The notes beneath the pieces were generated by a model. That model was not told where the DNA came from. It saw only the letters and a program-made list of their open reading frames with translations, and made no database searches. The translations under genes and the position numbers were made by a program. A stretch of DNA of 64,000 nucleotides, from positions 82,056-146,055 of the forward strand of contig CBDBHI010000020.1 in the NCBI GenBank assembly GCA_965205595.1, in the 5' to 3' direction. The number at the start of each line of letters is the position of its first letter. Positions within the stretch are counted from its first letter, which is position 1. Source of the DNA: Bryobacterales bacterium. GTDB lineage: Bacteria; Acidobacteriota; Terriglobia; Bryobacterales; UBA6623. Positions 40,875 through 52,171 of this stretch are shown piece after piece.

Positions 40875-42485
40875 CATCCCTCTTTTCCAATCGAAAGATG
40901 AGCCTGAAGGAGGCAGGCGAAGGTAGCTGTGGGCAGGAGGGATTATAGCTCGGATTGGGGCTTGAGGTTGAAGCCCGTTGTGGGGCCCGTAGGGCGGGGT
41001 GAGGGGGATTGCATAAGGGGGAAGGGGCGGCAGCCCCAGTCCCCCTTTGCAGCCATCCCAGGCGAGACCCCACGGCCGTCTTCGGACGTGGGCCGGAGGA
41101 GCCGACAACGCCTCGGGTCGGGGCGTTGTCTAGCGCGTGCGCCAGCAGATCGCGAGGTCTTTGCAGACGCGTTGCAGTTCGTTGCGCTGAGCGTCGAGTT
41201 GCTCGGCAAACTCGGTGTCGGAACAAGTGTCCGCTCGCGCTTGGAGCTTCTTGAGCGAGCGATCCGCGCGCAGGCCGCGCTGCTCGGCGGGCAGGCTGAG
41301 CAGCTTTTCCCACGGCGTGCTCCACTCGGCGTACACCTTGCGCAACTTGCCGCGGCGGTCTCGGCGCTCGCTGGCGAAAGCGCATGGGCGATGAAAATTC
41401 AAGTACGGGTTGAGCCACTGGCGGTAGAAGGTGTCGATCGCCTGCGTCGCTTCCGAGGGCAAAAACTGGTAGCCCATCCACTTGCGCACCACCGCGCCGT
41501 TCTTGGTTTCGACCAAGGCATTGTCGTTCGAACGGCGCGCGCGAGACTTCGTAAATTCAATTCGCAACTTCTCGAGCAGTTTAGCGGTTTGATGGTTGAC
41601 GAATTCGCTGCCATTGTCGGAGTGAAAGCCGCGAACGATAAATGGAAATTGTTCCAAAAGCCCTTCCAGCAAGGGAATGAGGTGGTTTTCGTTGATGCGT
41701 TGGACGCAGCCGACGGCCTGCCACTGCGTCACTTCGTCGACCACATTGATGCTGTAGGCGCCTTTTTCGCCTTCCTGTTCGGGCGAGTGCACGGTGTCGA
41801 TGCGCAGGTAGCCCGGACGTCCTCGCGGCTCGGGTTGGCGGCGTTCGCCGATCGCAACGGGTGTCGGTCGGGTCTTGTCGAGATGCAAACTGTGACGTTG
41901 GTAGACGGCTCTTTTTCGCAAGTTGTACAGCTGGCCCACGGACAATTCGGCCAGGCGTCGAAACTCTTTGCGGCCGTAGATCTGGAACTCGCGTTGGAGA
42001 ATGCGGCGGGTGGCCGGCCCCGAGAGGCGCTGATGAACTCGATCGACGTGCGCCAGTAAGACGCTGTCGGCGCGTGTGTACTTGCTGGGAAAACGGCGCC
42101 GCCGATAGGCCCTCGGACGGACGCAACGCGTGTGCAAGAACTGTCCGATCAGGCGGGTGAGTTGCGCGCGGCTTAAGCCCGTGAGCTTAGCGAGATAACG
42201 CCGCAGGAGACCCTTGACGGAGCGCTTCTGGTCGGCATAGTGATGCCGCTTCAAGACGCTTTCGACGAGCGCATATTTGTCGCTTCGATTGCCGCCCTCG
42301 AAGGCGACGGATTGGCACCCGTCGAGAAAACACTCGATCTGCTCCAGACTCAGCGATTCGGCTTGCTGCACGGCGACTCCCATCGCCCGCAGCTGCTCTG
42401 TTCCTGACCACCCAACGGATCCCCGTCAGGCTCATCTTGTATTGGAATCGCCCTCCCCTTCAGGCTCATCTTGTATTGGACAAGA
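40875..42485 (-). mobile_element. 1611-bp DDE IS, copy 2 (inverted relative to copy 1)
   Basis: Same ends and length; flanked by CG at 40873-40874 and 42486-42487; a few SNPs versus copy 1. Confidence 0.85.
41130..42383 (-). CDS. DDE integrase-core transposase (same protein as 36196-37449)
   Basis: Identical 417-aa translation. Confidence 0.9.
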   Translation of the reverse strand: MGVAVQQAESLSLEQIECFLDGCQSVAFEGGNRSDKYALVESVLKRHHYADQKRSVKGLLRRYLAKLTGLSRAQLTRLIGQFLHTRCVRPRAYRRRRFPSKYTRADSVLLAHVDRVHQRLSGPATRRILQREFQIYGRKEFRRLAELSVGQLYNLRKRAVYQRHSLHLDKTRPTPVAIGERRQPEPRGRPGYLRIDTVHSPEQEGEKGAYSINVVDEVTQWQAVGCVQRINENHLIPLLEGLLEQFPFIVRGFHSDNGSEFVNHQTAKLLEKLRIEFTKSRARRSNDNALVETKNGAVVRKWMGYQFLPSEATQAIDTFYRQWLNPYLNFHRPCAFASERRDRRGKLRKVYAEWSTPWEKLLSLPAEQRGLRADRSLKKLQARADTCSDTEFAEQLDAQRNELQRVCKDLAICWRTR

Positions 42486-45234
42486 CGTTGCCGCCGGCAG
42501 TGACGGCCTAGCGCTCGTGCTGACCAAGAATAGCCTCCAGCTATTCGATCCCATTGACGGTTCATTTCAGGCCCTCTTTGACTTAACCGACGCGGGCGCA
42601 TCCGCACCGTCGGTCACTCTACCGTTGGGCCCCATGACAGAGCTGGACGAGATCGTGAAAGTCAATCTTTCAACATCTCGCGATGGCCGCTGGATCTTCG
42701 GGGTTGCCGATGCGCAGGGCGGCGGGGGGTTCGTTTTCTCCTACCGTGTCGCCAAGCCAGTCGGCTTGCTTACGATCCGGCCGGGCAGTTCGTTTGTCAA
42801 TTCGCCCGTATTCAATCAGGTCAGCGGCTCACAGGACGGAGCCTATTTCATGGTAGGCAACCTATTGATGTCCAACGACTTACGGGTTATCGCCGACACA
42901 CCTGAAGGAGCTGGCGCCGTTAGCGCCGCGGGTTTCTTCGGTGGCCATGGCATCGACTCAAACATCGACACTGTTTACGGATCGTTCGGTGAGTTGACCA
43001 ACAACTCCGATTCGGTCGTACGTACCGGTGTGTTGCAGATCATGGATGACGACAATCTACACGTCCGCCAGCGGATTCGCCTGCCGAACCGCGTCACCGG
43101 CCAGATTCTGTCCACCGACAACGGGCAAAGCCTTTACGCGATCGCAGAATCCGGCATCATGCATCTGCCGATGAGTAAACTGTCGGAGCTTCCGATCCTC
43201 GAATCGAATGTCGAAGATCGCGCCTTATTGTTCCCGTTCGATTTCTGCAACCGCGTCCCAGTCACTAAGACGTTGCGGCTCGAAAGTCCCAACGGTCAGC
43301 CCGCGAACTTCAGCTTGTCAACAGAACACTTCCGCAGTTCCAATCGTCCCGCGGTCGTGTTTGAGCCGCACCAGGGCACGACGCCGGCGGATATTCAAGT
43401 AACTATCGATCCCGGCTCGCTGGGGCCGGTTCAGGGCACCAACACAATAGTGGTTCAGATCGACACCAACGCCGTAAACGTTCCTCTGGAGACAACTGTT
43501 GTCTCGAACGTGCGCGATGTCGACCAGAAGGGCAGCTTTGTACAGTCGGACGGTCACCTCATCGGCGCAGTCGCGGATCCTTCCCGCGATCGCTTCTACG
43601 TGCTCGACCGCAATGGCTTCCAAGTCAAGGCCTACGACAGCAAGAGTCTCAGGCAGATCGGATCATTCCGCACCGGCAACACGCCGACCTGGATGGCCGC
43701 ATCGAAGGACGGTAGATTTCTCGTCGTCGCAAACTCGCGAGCCGAGCATGTCACGCTAATCGATCTCAACAGTCTGCGGGTTATGGGCAACGTGTTCGTT
43801 CCCTGGCAACTACTGCAGGGTGGCCACTATCCGCACTCTGTTACCGCCGCAAATTCCGAGATGGTGCTGGGCGTAAATACTGCTGGCGGCGGATGGCGAC
43901 TGGACTTCCTGACCTTGCCCAATAGGGCAATCTCTAGCCCAGAAACTTTGGGTGTCTTCGCCAACTCGTTCGGGTCACCGCTCGCCGTTGCCGCTCATCC
44001 TGACGGTAATGAAGTGTTTGTCGCTGACAGCTCCGGAGGTACCTACCTATTTGAGTTCGCGACTCGACGCCTGATTATTACGCGCAGTGACTTCAGCGGC
44101 GTAGGCGGCGCAATCGGAGCGGCCAGGGACTACTACACGGTCGACAACTTTGTACTGAACCGATCGTTGGTTCCTCTGGGCGAGTTTCCAGATAGCGTTG
44201 CGAACCAACAATCATCCGGATTCGCGCTTCTCCCCAACGGCACCGGCGTTCGCTCGATTCGTCCTACTTCACAGGTCGACACGGGCACTCTCCAGAAGCT
44301 CAATTCAAACAATCCGGCTCAAATCCAGTTCCCGACCCGCATGGCCGAGCCACCTCCGGCGCGAGCGCAAGACTACCGCTTCACAAGCACTCTTGCGGCA
44401 TTGCGAGACGGCGGCTTGATTTCGACCACCAGCGCGGGAATCTTATTCTTCCCAAGTGACTATGCTGATGGCGGAAACCTTCCCGTTGTTCCCGTTGTTG
44501 ATGCTGTAACAAACGCGGCCGACTTCACTCGCACCACGGGTACCGGCGGGCTGATCTCGATCTTCGGCTCAAACTTCTCCAAGCAAGATGGCGGCGCCGT
44601 CGACTCTCCGCTGCCACAGCGCATCGGCGACACCTGCGTGAGCGCCAACGGCTCACCGTTACCGCTGCTGTTTGTCTCGAACAACCAGATCAACGCTCAA
44701 CTGCTCTTCAGTTCGGTTGGTCCGACTGACGTGCAGGTTCACTCTTCCGCCGGCCTAAGCGACGTTTTCGTCCAGCAGGTCGACGCAACGGCACCCGCGA
44801 TCTTCACGGTTCCAGGGCCGGAAGGTAACCGCTTCGCCGCTGTTTTCCGCGCGGAGAACAATAAGCCCGCGACGTTGTCGAACCCGCTGAGACCGAATGA
44901 GATCGCGATCATCTACGCCACCGGCCTAGGCCCGGTTGCTCCGATCAGTTTGGCAGGCACGTCGGCCTCGATGACCATTCTTAGCCGCGCCGCGGTCGAG
45001 CCAACCATCGATATAGGCGGAGTCAAGGGCATCGTCGAGTTCGCCGGCCTCACGCCGGGCTTTATTGGGCTCTATCAGATCAACGTCCGTCTACCGGGAT
45101 TCGTGCCCACAGGGCTCGAAGTCCCGCTGAAAATCACTCAGGGCGGCAACGAGACAGTCGTCAGCGTCCGGATTATCGAATAACGACAGGACCTCGGCGC
45201 CCACCCCCGGGGCCGGGTCCACTGATTCAAACAA

Positions 45235-45906
45235 ATGAGGTTAATGATGAAACACATGCAATGGAAAGCCACTTTACTCGGCTCGGCTCTGGCATGCCTA
45301 TCCCTGGTGCCACAAGCTCAGGCGCAAAGAGGTCTTGAGATCGGTGCTCTAGGCCTGATCTCCGACTACCGCTCGGTCAAGGTATCGAACGCTTCTACGA
45401 CAGGCAACGTCGGTCCCGGTCTAGGCTTCTCGGGCGGATTCGTAATCGGCCAGTCGATGAACAACCGCTGGGGCGGTGAGTTCCGCTACGTCTACTTCAA
45501 GAATGATCTTGAATTGCTCGGTGGCGGACGCTCAGCGGACTTCGGTGCACAGTCGCACGCGATTCACTACGACGTTCTCTACTACTTCAATGACCCCGAC
45601 TCGCGTATCCGGCCCTACGCCGCCGCGGGTGTTGGGTTGAAGCATTTCCAGGGAACGGGCACCGAAAGCGCGTTCCAGCCGCTGTCTGATCTTGCACTGC
45701 TAACCAAGGCCGGCGAGTCGAAACCGATGGCAGACTTTGGCGTGGGCGTCAAGTTCCTTGTCGGCAATCGCATGATGTTCCGCATCGAGTTCCGTGACTA
45801 CGTCACCGCGGTCCCGGGCAAGGTCATCACCGCTGCGCCAGGCGCCAAGATTGACGGCATCTTGCACCAGTGGGCGCCTATGTTCGGCTTCAGCTATATG
45901 TTCTAG
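45235..45906 (+). CDS. Outer-membrane beta-barrel protein
   Basis: Signal peptide, alternating beta-strands, RIRPYAAAGVG, terminal Phe (FGFSYMF). Confidence 0.85.
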   Translation: MRLMMKHMQWKATLLGSALACLSLVPQAQAQRGLEIGALGLISDYRSVKVSNASTTGNVGPGLGFSGGFVIGQSMNNRWGGEFRYVYFKNDLELLGGGRSADFGAQSHAIHYDVLYYFNDPDSRIRPYAAAGVGLKHFQGTGTESAFQPLSDLALLTKAGESKPMADFGVGVKFLVGNRMMFRIEFRDYVTAVPGKVITAAPGAKIDGILHQWAPMFGFSYMF

Positions 45907-45933
45907 CCGCTCGAAATTCAGCCTTCAAACAAT

Positions 45934-45973
45934 CGGCCCCAGCGAGGATTCTCGTTGGGGCCGTTCTTGTTTT
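45934..45973 (+). terminator. Rho-independent terminator
   Basis: cggccccagcgag-gatt-ctcgttggggccg hairpin followed by ttcttgtttt, between convergent genes. Confidence 0.75.
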
Positions 45974-45990
45974 ACCGTCGGCCCGGGTGC

Positions 45991-47916
45991 TCACTCCTCG
46001 TCTTGCTGCGCTGACAACCGGTTGATCACAGACAGGTCCTCGAGTGTCGTAATATCGCCGCTCACCTTTTGGGTCGTCACGATCTCGCGCAACAGCCGCC
46101 GCATAATCTTCCCCGAGCGCGTCTTGGGCAGAGCATCGCTGAAGCGAATCTGCTTCGGCCGCGCAAACTTGCCGATCTCTTTTGCCACCCACTCGCGCAG
46201 CTCCGCCGCCAGCGCGTCATCGGCGTCAATCCCTTGTATCGGTGTCACGAACGCCACTACAGCTTGACCCGTAAGCTCGTCCGGCATTCCGATCACAGCC
46301 GCCTCCGCGACGGATGGATGGCGCACCAGGGATGACTCCAACTCCGCCGTCGAGAGCCGGTGGCCGCTCACGTTCATCACGTCGTCAACGCGGCCTAAAA
46401 CCCAGATATATCCGTCCTCGTCCTTGCGGGCCGCATCGCCGACGAAATAGACCGCGGGAACTTGGCTCCAGTAGGTCTTCTCAAATCTTTCGGGATCGCC
46501 CCACAGCGTGCGAAACATCGAAGGCCAGGGCTTGCGTACCACCAGATAGCCCTCGCTACCCGGTTCCACCGACTTGCCCTCGTTATCGACGACATCCGCC
46601 AGGATTCCCGGCAGCGGGAAAGTCCCCGATCCCGGCTTCAACGGCGTCGCTCCCGGCAGCGGCGAAATCATAATCGAGCCCGTCTCGGTCTGCCACCAGG
46701 TGTCAACAATCGGGCAGCGCCCGCAGCCGATCACGCTGTGATACCACTCCCAAGCCGACGGGTTGATCGGTTCGCCGACCGACCCCATCAGCCGCAAGCT
46801 AGACAAGTCATGCCTACCGGGGAAGCCATCACCAAACTTGATAAATGCTCGGATCGCCGTCGGCGATGTGTAAAAAACGTTGACCTTGTATTTATCGACG
46901 ATGCGCCAAAAGCGATCCGGTTCGGGGAAGTCCGGCGCGCCTTCGTACATCACCGTCGTCGTGCCCACCAGTAACGGTCCGTAGACGATATAGCTGTGGC
47001 CGGTAACCCAGCCAATGTCGGCGGCGCACCAGTAGGTGTCTTCGTCTTTGATGTCAAACACCCAGCGCATCGTCATCGAGACCTGCAACTGATAGCCGGC
47101 CGTCGTGTGAACGATTCCTTTGGGCTTCCCCGTTGTGCCGGACGTATAGAGCACATAGAGTGGGTGTTCTGAATCGAGTTCTGCGGCCGGGCACTCGTCG
47201 CTGGCGCCCTCATCGAGATCGTGCCACCAGTGGTCGCGTCCCGCGCTGAACTCTACTTCATTCGCGGTTCGCTTATATACGACAACGTTGCTTACTCCCG
47301 GGCAGTCCTTCAGCGCTTCATCAACCGCCGGCTTGAGCGGGACAATCTTACCTCGCCGCCAGCCACCGTCCGCGGTGATCACTACTCCCGCGTCGAGGTC
47401 TAAGATTCGAGTCTTCAGCGCTTCCGCCGAAAATCCTCCGAATACGACGCTGTGAATGATTCCCAGCCGAGCGCAAGCCAGCATGGCAATCGGCAGCTCG
47501 GGAACCATCGGCATGTAGATAATCGCTCGGTCGCCCGATTTGTAGCCCAGCCCTTTTAAGACGTTGGCGAATCGCTGCACTTGCCGCGACAGTTCCTGAT
47601 ACGTCAGTGTGCGCTGCTCGCCCGGTTCACCTTCCCAAACGATCGCCGCCTTGTTCTTCCGCCAGGTCTTGCAGTGACGGTCGAGGCAATTGTGCGACAT
47701 ATTGGTTCGCCCACCGACAAACCATTTGTAGAACGGCGCCTCTGAGGCGTCGAGCACCTGATCCCATTTCTTGAACCAGTCGAGTTGCTCGTCGGCAAGT
47801 TCCGCCCAAAAGCCCTCGGGGTCGGCGGCGGCGCGATCGTATAGTGCCCGATAAGCGTCCATTCCGGACACATTGGCGCGTGAAGCGAATTCTTCGGATG
47901 GATGATATAGCGACAT
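45991..47916 (-). CDS. acs: Acetate--CoA ligase
   Basis: [60 protein letters not shown]. Confidence 0.98.
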   Translation of the reverse strand: MSLYHPSEEFASRANVSGMDAYRALYDRAAADPEGFWAELADEQLDWFKKWDQVLDASEAPFYKWFVGGRTNMSHNCLDRHCKTWRKNKAAIVWEGEPGEQRTLTYQELSRQVQRFANVLKGLGYKSGDRAIIYMPMVPELPIAMLACARLGIIHSVVFGGFSAEALKTRILDLDAGVVITADGGWRRGKIVPLKPAVDEALKDCPGVSNVVVYKRTANEVEFSAGRDHWWHDLDEGASDECPAAELDSEHPLYVLYTSGTTGKPKGIVHTTAGYQLQVSMTMRWVFDIKDEDTYWCAADIGWVTGHSYIVYGPLLVGTTTVMYEGAPDFPEPDRFWRIVDKYKVNVFYTSPTAIRAFIKFGDGFPGRHDLSSLRLMGSVGEPINPSAWEWYHSVIGCGRCPIVDTWWQTETGSIMISPLPGATPLKPGSGTFPLPGILADVVDNEGKSVEPGSEGYLVVRKPWPSMFRTLWGDPERFEKTYWSQVPAVYFVGDAARKDEDGYIWVLGRVDDVMNVSGHRLSTAELESSLVRHPSVAEAAVIGMPDELTGQAVVAFVTPIQGIDADDALAAELREWVAKEIGKFARPKQIRFSDALPKTRSGKIMRRLLREIVTTQKVSGDITTLEDLSVINRLSAQQDEE

Positions 47917-47995
47917 GTTGTACTCCCCCGATACCCCACCTACACAAGGTGGAACGCGAAGTTCCAAGGATATTACAACAGCGAGATCTCTTGTC

Positions 47996-48259
47996 TTACT
48001 GCCAGGCGCGTGTCGATTCTTCAGACGTCACAAGCGAGTCAAATATCGCCAGGACGCGTTTCCGGTACTGGTACATACGCTTAAGCTGCTCGCGGAAGTT
48101 CGTGTCGTACTCGCGGGCACGCATCCACTTGTTGAATACTTTCGGTGAAATGTCAATTTCGCGCCGAATTGAATCGGCGGAGTGTCCACGCAGAAACATT
48201 CCATAGAACATCGCCGCTTCGGTTTGCGGCGAATGGAATTCTGTTTCCTGCGGCTGCAT
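47996..48259 (-). CDS. Small hypothetical protein
   Basis: [54 protein letters not shown]; helical, plausible coding bias. Confidence 0.65.
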   Translation of the reverse strand: MQPQETEFHSPQTEAAMFYGMFLRGHSADSIRREIDISPKVFNKWMRAREYDTNFREQLKRMYQYRKRVLAIFDSLVTSEESTRAWQ

Positions 48260-48339
48260 CGCGATGGTCTGCGTCTGACCGGGTCGATCCCGGAGAACCT
48301 CAGTATAATCGCGCTTTCCCGACCATGCAATAGTACTGC

Positions 48340-48523
48340 CTAGCCCGCACTTCCCACCACGTGGCGAGCGAAAGCGCGTGAGAGGTGCGTCAATACGAGG
48401 CGGGCGACGGTCGGCGCGCGGAGGCGTACTTAACAGTCCGTCGAGCACGGCGATCTAGCGCAACGAAGTAATGGCGCACCGATCGCGTGCTTTCGCCGTC
48501 AGGTGGTGAGAAATGTGGGCTAA
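48340..48523. mobile_element. MITE-like repeat, about 184 bp
   Basis: ctagcccgcacttcccaccac ... gtggtgagaaatgtgggctaa; internal match to 55394-55556. Confidence 0.75.
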
Positions 48524-48540
48524 ACGATAGAATCATCGCT

Positions 48541-49230
48541 ATGTGGCCACTGCTAGCCGCGGGGGCCGTGGCGGCCTACGGAGCCTACGCGGCCGCTTGG
48601 CCCTCGGCCTCGCGCTGGGGCAGAAGTATTGACCGCCTGCCAACTCGCGCCCGCCGTATCGCACTAACCTTCGACGACGGTCCGAGCAACGAAACTCCTC
48701 GATTCCTCGACCTGCTGAGCGAGCTTGACGTGCGCGCCACGTTTTTCGTCTGCGGACAGAACGTCGAGAGACTCCCCGACGTCGCTCGCGCTATCGTTGA
48801 CGCCGATCACGAAATTGCCAACCACTCTTATTCGCATCCAATATTGCTAGTTCAACCCGCGCGGCGTGTCCGTAGCGAGCTGACCCGAACCCAACTCGTG
48901 ATCGAGGATGCTACCGGAGTTAGTCCATCACTTTTTCGAGCGCCCTATGGGCTTCGGTCGCCGTCACTGTCGGCCGTTCAGCGAGATCTAAATCTGCTCG
49001 CAATCCATTGGACGGTTATCGGGAACGACTGGAAATGGACATCTCCCAGAATTGTCCAGCGCGTTCTCGCAGCCGCCGGCCCCGGGGGCATCGTTTGCTT
49101 GCACGACGGACACGAAACGCGCGAAACCGCCGACCGCACAGAGACGCTAACGGCTGTCCGCGAAATCGTAACCGAGCTTAAGCGAACAGGTTACGAATTC
49201 GTCACAGTGGGCGAAACTCTTAATCGATAG
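48541..49230 (+). CDS. Polysaccharide deacetylase (NodB/CE4)
   Basis: IALTFDDGP, HEIANHSYSH, FRAPYG, IVCLHDG. Confidence 0.95.
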   Translation: MWPLLAAGAVAAYGAYAAAWPSASRWGRSIDRLPTRARRIALTFDDGPSNETPRFLDLLSELDVRATFFVCGQNVERLPDVARAIVDADHEIANHSYSHPILLVQPARRVRSELTRTQLVIEDATGVSPSLFRAPYGLRSPSLSAVQRDLNLLAIHWTVIGNDWKWTSPRIVQRVLAAAGPGGIVCLHDGHETRETADRTETLTAVREIVTELKRTGYEFVTVGETLNR

Positions 49231-50182
49231 GTCCCTTTTTCGCCTGCCAAGGCAAGAAAGCAGCTCCGATCAAACCCGTTTCGGGGGTCAGCTTTGCGAG
49301 CTCGATTCGAGCACCACTGAGTCGAAACGTGAGGCACCGTCGCTCGACTTCCGCCAGCATAGACGGCGCAAAAAGCTCCCAGGCCGGAGCGACGCCTCCT
49401 GCAATTAAATAAAGTGGGAAGTTAAACACCGAGATCATGTTGCCCACGGCAACGCCCAGCACACGCCCGACGCTCTCGTAGATAGCGATGGCGTCAGCAT
49501 CACCGCTCGCAGCTAACTCAGCAATCGTCGCCGCGCTCAATCGACCGCTCGAATCCAGCACGGCAAATGCCGCCGATTCGCCGACAGCCGAGCGCGCCTG
49601 CCGAACAATCGCGGTTGCCGAAGCCACGGTCTCGACGCATCCAAAGTTCCCGCAGCTACAGCGCACCTCGCTCGTCGGGTCGAGGGTCGTGTGGCCGATC
49701 TCCCCGGCCATGCCGGCATGTCCCCGCACGATCCGGCCGCTAGACACGATTCCGCCGCCAACACCGGTTCCGAGCGTCATCAGAATCAAGTCGTCAACGT
49801 CTTTTCCCGCCCCCAGCCAGTACTCACCGAGAGCCGCGGCGTTGGCATCGTTTTCAAACTCGACTCGTGTCCCGAGCCGATCTTCCATGCCCGACTTTGC
49901 AGCCACATCAAGATCGGCCCACACGTTTGGAGCCGCTGAAACGATGCCCGCGGGCAGTTGAATCAATCCCGGCACGCCCATCCCGATACCGGCAATTTGA
50001 CCGTCCGTCACATCGGACTCGATCGCCCTCACGAGTTCGGCGACACGGTCAAGAACCGCCTCCGCCCCATCAGCGCCATTCGTAGGAACGCGGCACTCGG
50101 CGAGCCTCTCGCCCTTTTTGGTGAGCGCGATAGCCCGCAGGTTCGTGCCCCCAAGATCAACACCGATCGTGAACTCGCGCAT
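49220..50182 (-). CDS. ROK-family sugar kinase (glucokinase-like)
   Basis: IGVDLGGT, ENDANAAALGE, TLGTGVGGG, GEIGH, CSCGNFGCVET. Confidence 0.95.
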   Translation of the reverse strand: MREFTIGVDLGGTNLRAIALTKKGERLAECRVPTNGADGAEAVLDRVAELVRAIESDVTDGQIAGIGMGVPGLIQLPAGIVSAAPNVWADLDVAAKSGMEDRLGTRVEFENDANAAALGEYWLGAGKDVDDLILMTLGTGVGGGIVSSGRIVRGHAGMAGEIGHTTLDPTSEVRCSCGNFGCVETVASATAIVRQARSAVGESAAFAVLDSSGRLSAATIAELAASGDADAIAIYESVGRVLGVAVGNMISVFNFPLYLIAGGVAPAWELFAPSMLAEVERRCLTFRLSGARIELAKLTPETGLIGAAFLPWQAKKGPID

Positions 50183-50917
50183 CAGCTAGAACGCCCAGCG
50201 TAACAGGTGCCCTAGCTCACCAAGCCGAACTTCGGTGGCACGCGCGTAAGCAAGTGCGTAGGCGAAGCGCGTGCGCTGATGGGAAGGTACATGATCCTGC
50301 TGAAAATCCCGCAAATCGACCAAAGTCTGCCGACGTAGCCGATCACGATGGGGCGCTTCACGGCTTCGTCGCGCCTCTGGCGGGCCGCGTCGACCCCTAG
50401 CTCAACGTTCTTTCCGAACCAGCACTCGCTGTCGGCGTGTCCAATTGCCGGTCTACGCTTTCGGTGAAAAATCCGGCCTAGAGCAATTTCGCTGATGCCA
50501 TAGATCGTTCTTGAATAAAAAGCGGTGAAGCCGGCAATTTCTGGAGACTAGATTCCGCTGTCCAAAATCGGAGGCAGTAGAGTAGGGGAGGGTCCCGCAA
50601 GCGGGCTTGACCTCCCCCCTCGTCGAACCGGACTTGCGGATTTCCCGCATCCGGCTCTCCAACAAGCTCTCGCCTTGGGCATGCGCGGGTCGAGACTAGT
50701 GCGAGCGGTTCAGCTCCAGCAGCCCCTGGCGTTGGAAAAAGGAATACCAAGGCTCGTCCTTCGGCGGTCGAAACCGGTGCTGTCCCCGCCGTCGCAGATG
50801 TCGCATGAAACGCCACCGCAGGTACCAGTCCAGCTCCCAGTAGGCACCCCGCGGATAGCCCCTCGAAAAGTAGTTCGCCCAACCTCTCATCTGTCGGTTT
50901 AGCCGCCCGATCACCAA

Positions 50918-51066
50918 GGGGCTGTGAAAAAACCTCCCCTAACTCGAGAATCGGGCGTAGCAAGCTACGCCCCTACAAATAACTTGCGTGTTATCAGCGC
51001 TGTAGGGGTGCGACATGTCGCACCCTCGGGCGACCGCAGAGCTATTCGAGGTTTTTTCACAGCCCC
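50918..51066. mobile_element. 149-bp MITE with 19-bp perfect TIRs containing two GTAG-footed REP-like hairpins
   Basis: ggggctgtgaaaaaacctc ... gaggttttttcacagcccc; hairpins at 50953-50976 and 51002-51025; interrupts PLA|LVIGRLN of the RT. Confidence 0.85.
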
Positions 51067-51533
51067 TAACGCCAACGGCACATGCGATTGCGACACACTC
51101 GTCATCTTTCGCAGCCGTTCCCGCTCACGCCCGACCGATTTCGCCGACGGGCTCCTGTTCCAATACCCCCACTCCCTGGCTAGCAGGTCGCGGTCCCATC
51201 GAAACAGGTAGCCCAAAAACTCAAGGCTCGCTCCTGCTTCCCTCAGTTCCACCACGCGGGTCTTCTCCCGGTTCAGCTTCAATCCCATCCAGACTTCCAA
51301 CTTCTCTTCGATAAACGCTTCCAGCGCTACGTCCCGCCCCTTCATCATCACAACGAAGTCGGCGGCGTATCGCACCAGTTTCGCGCTCCCTCCCCGCGCC
51401 GGACTCGCCCGATGTCTGAGAAACACCTTGTCGAACCCGTGCAGATATGAGTTCGCCAACAGCGGAGTGATGACGCCGCGAACGCAAAAGGTAACTTTGT
51501 GTTTGATCGGGAATTGCGGTATCGATAATGCGC

Positions 51534-51572
51534 TTGAGATGTGTCATGTACAGTTGTATTCTTATGACATAT
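51534..51572 (+). promoter_or_regulatory. Putative sigma70 promoter overlapped by an inverted repeat
   Basis: TTGAGA (51534-39), 17 bp, TATTCT (51557-62); TGTCAT...ATGACA inverted repeat at 51542-47 and 51564-69; ATG at 51571. Confidence 0.6.
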
Positions 51573-51900
51573 GGGTCGTGCCGGCGACGCCCAAAAAGCC
51601 GAGCGTCTCAATCGCGCTCGCCGCTTGCTGCAACAGTTCGACCATCTGCCCGACGCCGTCGAAGAGATGGTGCGAGACTGCCGCATCTCTCCCCGCCAGG
51701 CATATCGTTACCTCGAACAAGCGCAGCGTCTGAAGCAGCCCCTTGCTGTTGGCGATGCCAAGGTCGCCTTTACGGTGAAGGTGTCGCGGAGTTTGGTCGA
51801 ACGCGTGCGTTCCCACGCCGCCGCTACCGGGACGTCTCTCAGCGAGGTCGTCTCGCGAGCTTTGCTTGCGCTGCTCGATCGGAGACGGGGGCGTGGCTGA
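51571..51900 (+). CDS. Small DNA-binding protein (HTH-like + ribbon-helix-helix-like)
   Basis: ISPRQAYRYLEQA (HTH-like) and FTVKVSRSLVERVRSHAAATGTSLSEVVSRAL (RHH-like). Confidence 0.75.
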   Translation: MGRAGDAQKAERLNRARRLLQQFDHLPDAVEEMVRDCRISPRQAYRYLEQAQRLKQPLAVGDAKVAFTVKVSRSLVERVRSHAAATGTSLSEVVSRALLALLDRRRGRG

Positions 51901-52171
51901 GCAGCAGGCCGGCCAGGAACTCGCGCTTCGATTCGAATATCGGTTTGATCGTTTACTGCCCGCTAAGCCGGCCCAGGTTTACCAGTTGCCGGCGCCCGAG
52001 CAGCGATGGCCAATCGGCCAATCGCATCCCCAGGAGAAGATCCATGAACAAAGCTGCCGCCATCTACGCTCGCGTCTCTTCGAATCGTCAGAAGGACAAT
52101 CACACGATCGCCTCTCAGACAGCCGCACTGAGGCAGTATGCCCAGACGAACGGGTACGCAGTGCCGGCTGA
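51893..52171 (+). CDS. Small hypothetical protein overlapping the recombinase start
   Basis: GTG start overlapping the upstream stop; LRFEYRFDRLLP..AQVYQL; overlaps the recombinase by 128 nt in another frame. Confidence 0.5.
   Translation: MAEQQAGQELALRFEYRFDRLLPAKPAQVYQLPAPEQRWPIGQSHPQEKIHEQSCRHLRSRLFESSEGQSHDRLSDSRTEAVCPDERVRSAG

Larger units (their letters stand above)
40424..45183 (+). pseudogene. Large secreted beta-propeller (YVTN-like) protein with TIGR03437-type C-terminal domain, split by IS
   Basis: Signal peptide; halves rejoin as EEPLGVAAGSDG; C-terminus VTNAADF..GGLISIFGSN..LLFVSNNQINAQ..YATGLG..FAGLTPGFIGLYQINV. Confidence 0.85.

Noticed and set aside
42277-42486. N-terminus of the 968-aa ORF
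   Set aside because: Derived from IS sequence; the true N-terminus is at 40424-40874
50185-50560. Possible gene fragment between the ROK gene and the intron (IVIGYVGRL-like stretch)
   Set aside because: Too short and motif-poor to support a call
51528-52043. 172-aa N-terminal extension of the recombinase ORF
   Set aside because: Overlaps ORF1 and ORF2; SD plus ATG at 52044 precedes the catalytic YARVS motif at its normal position
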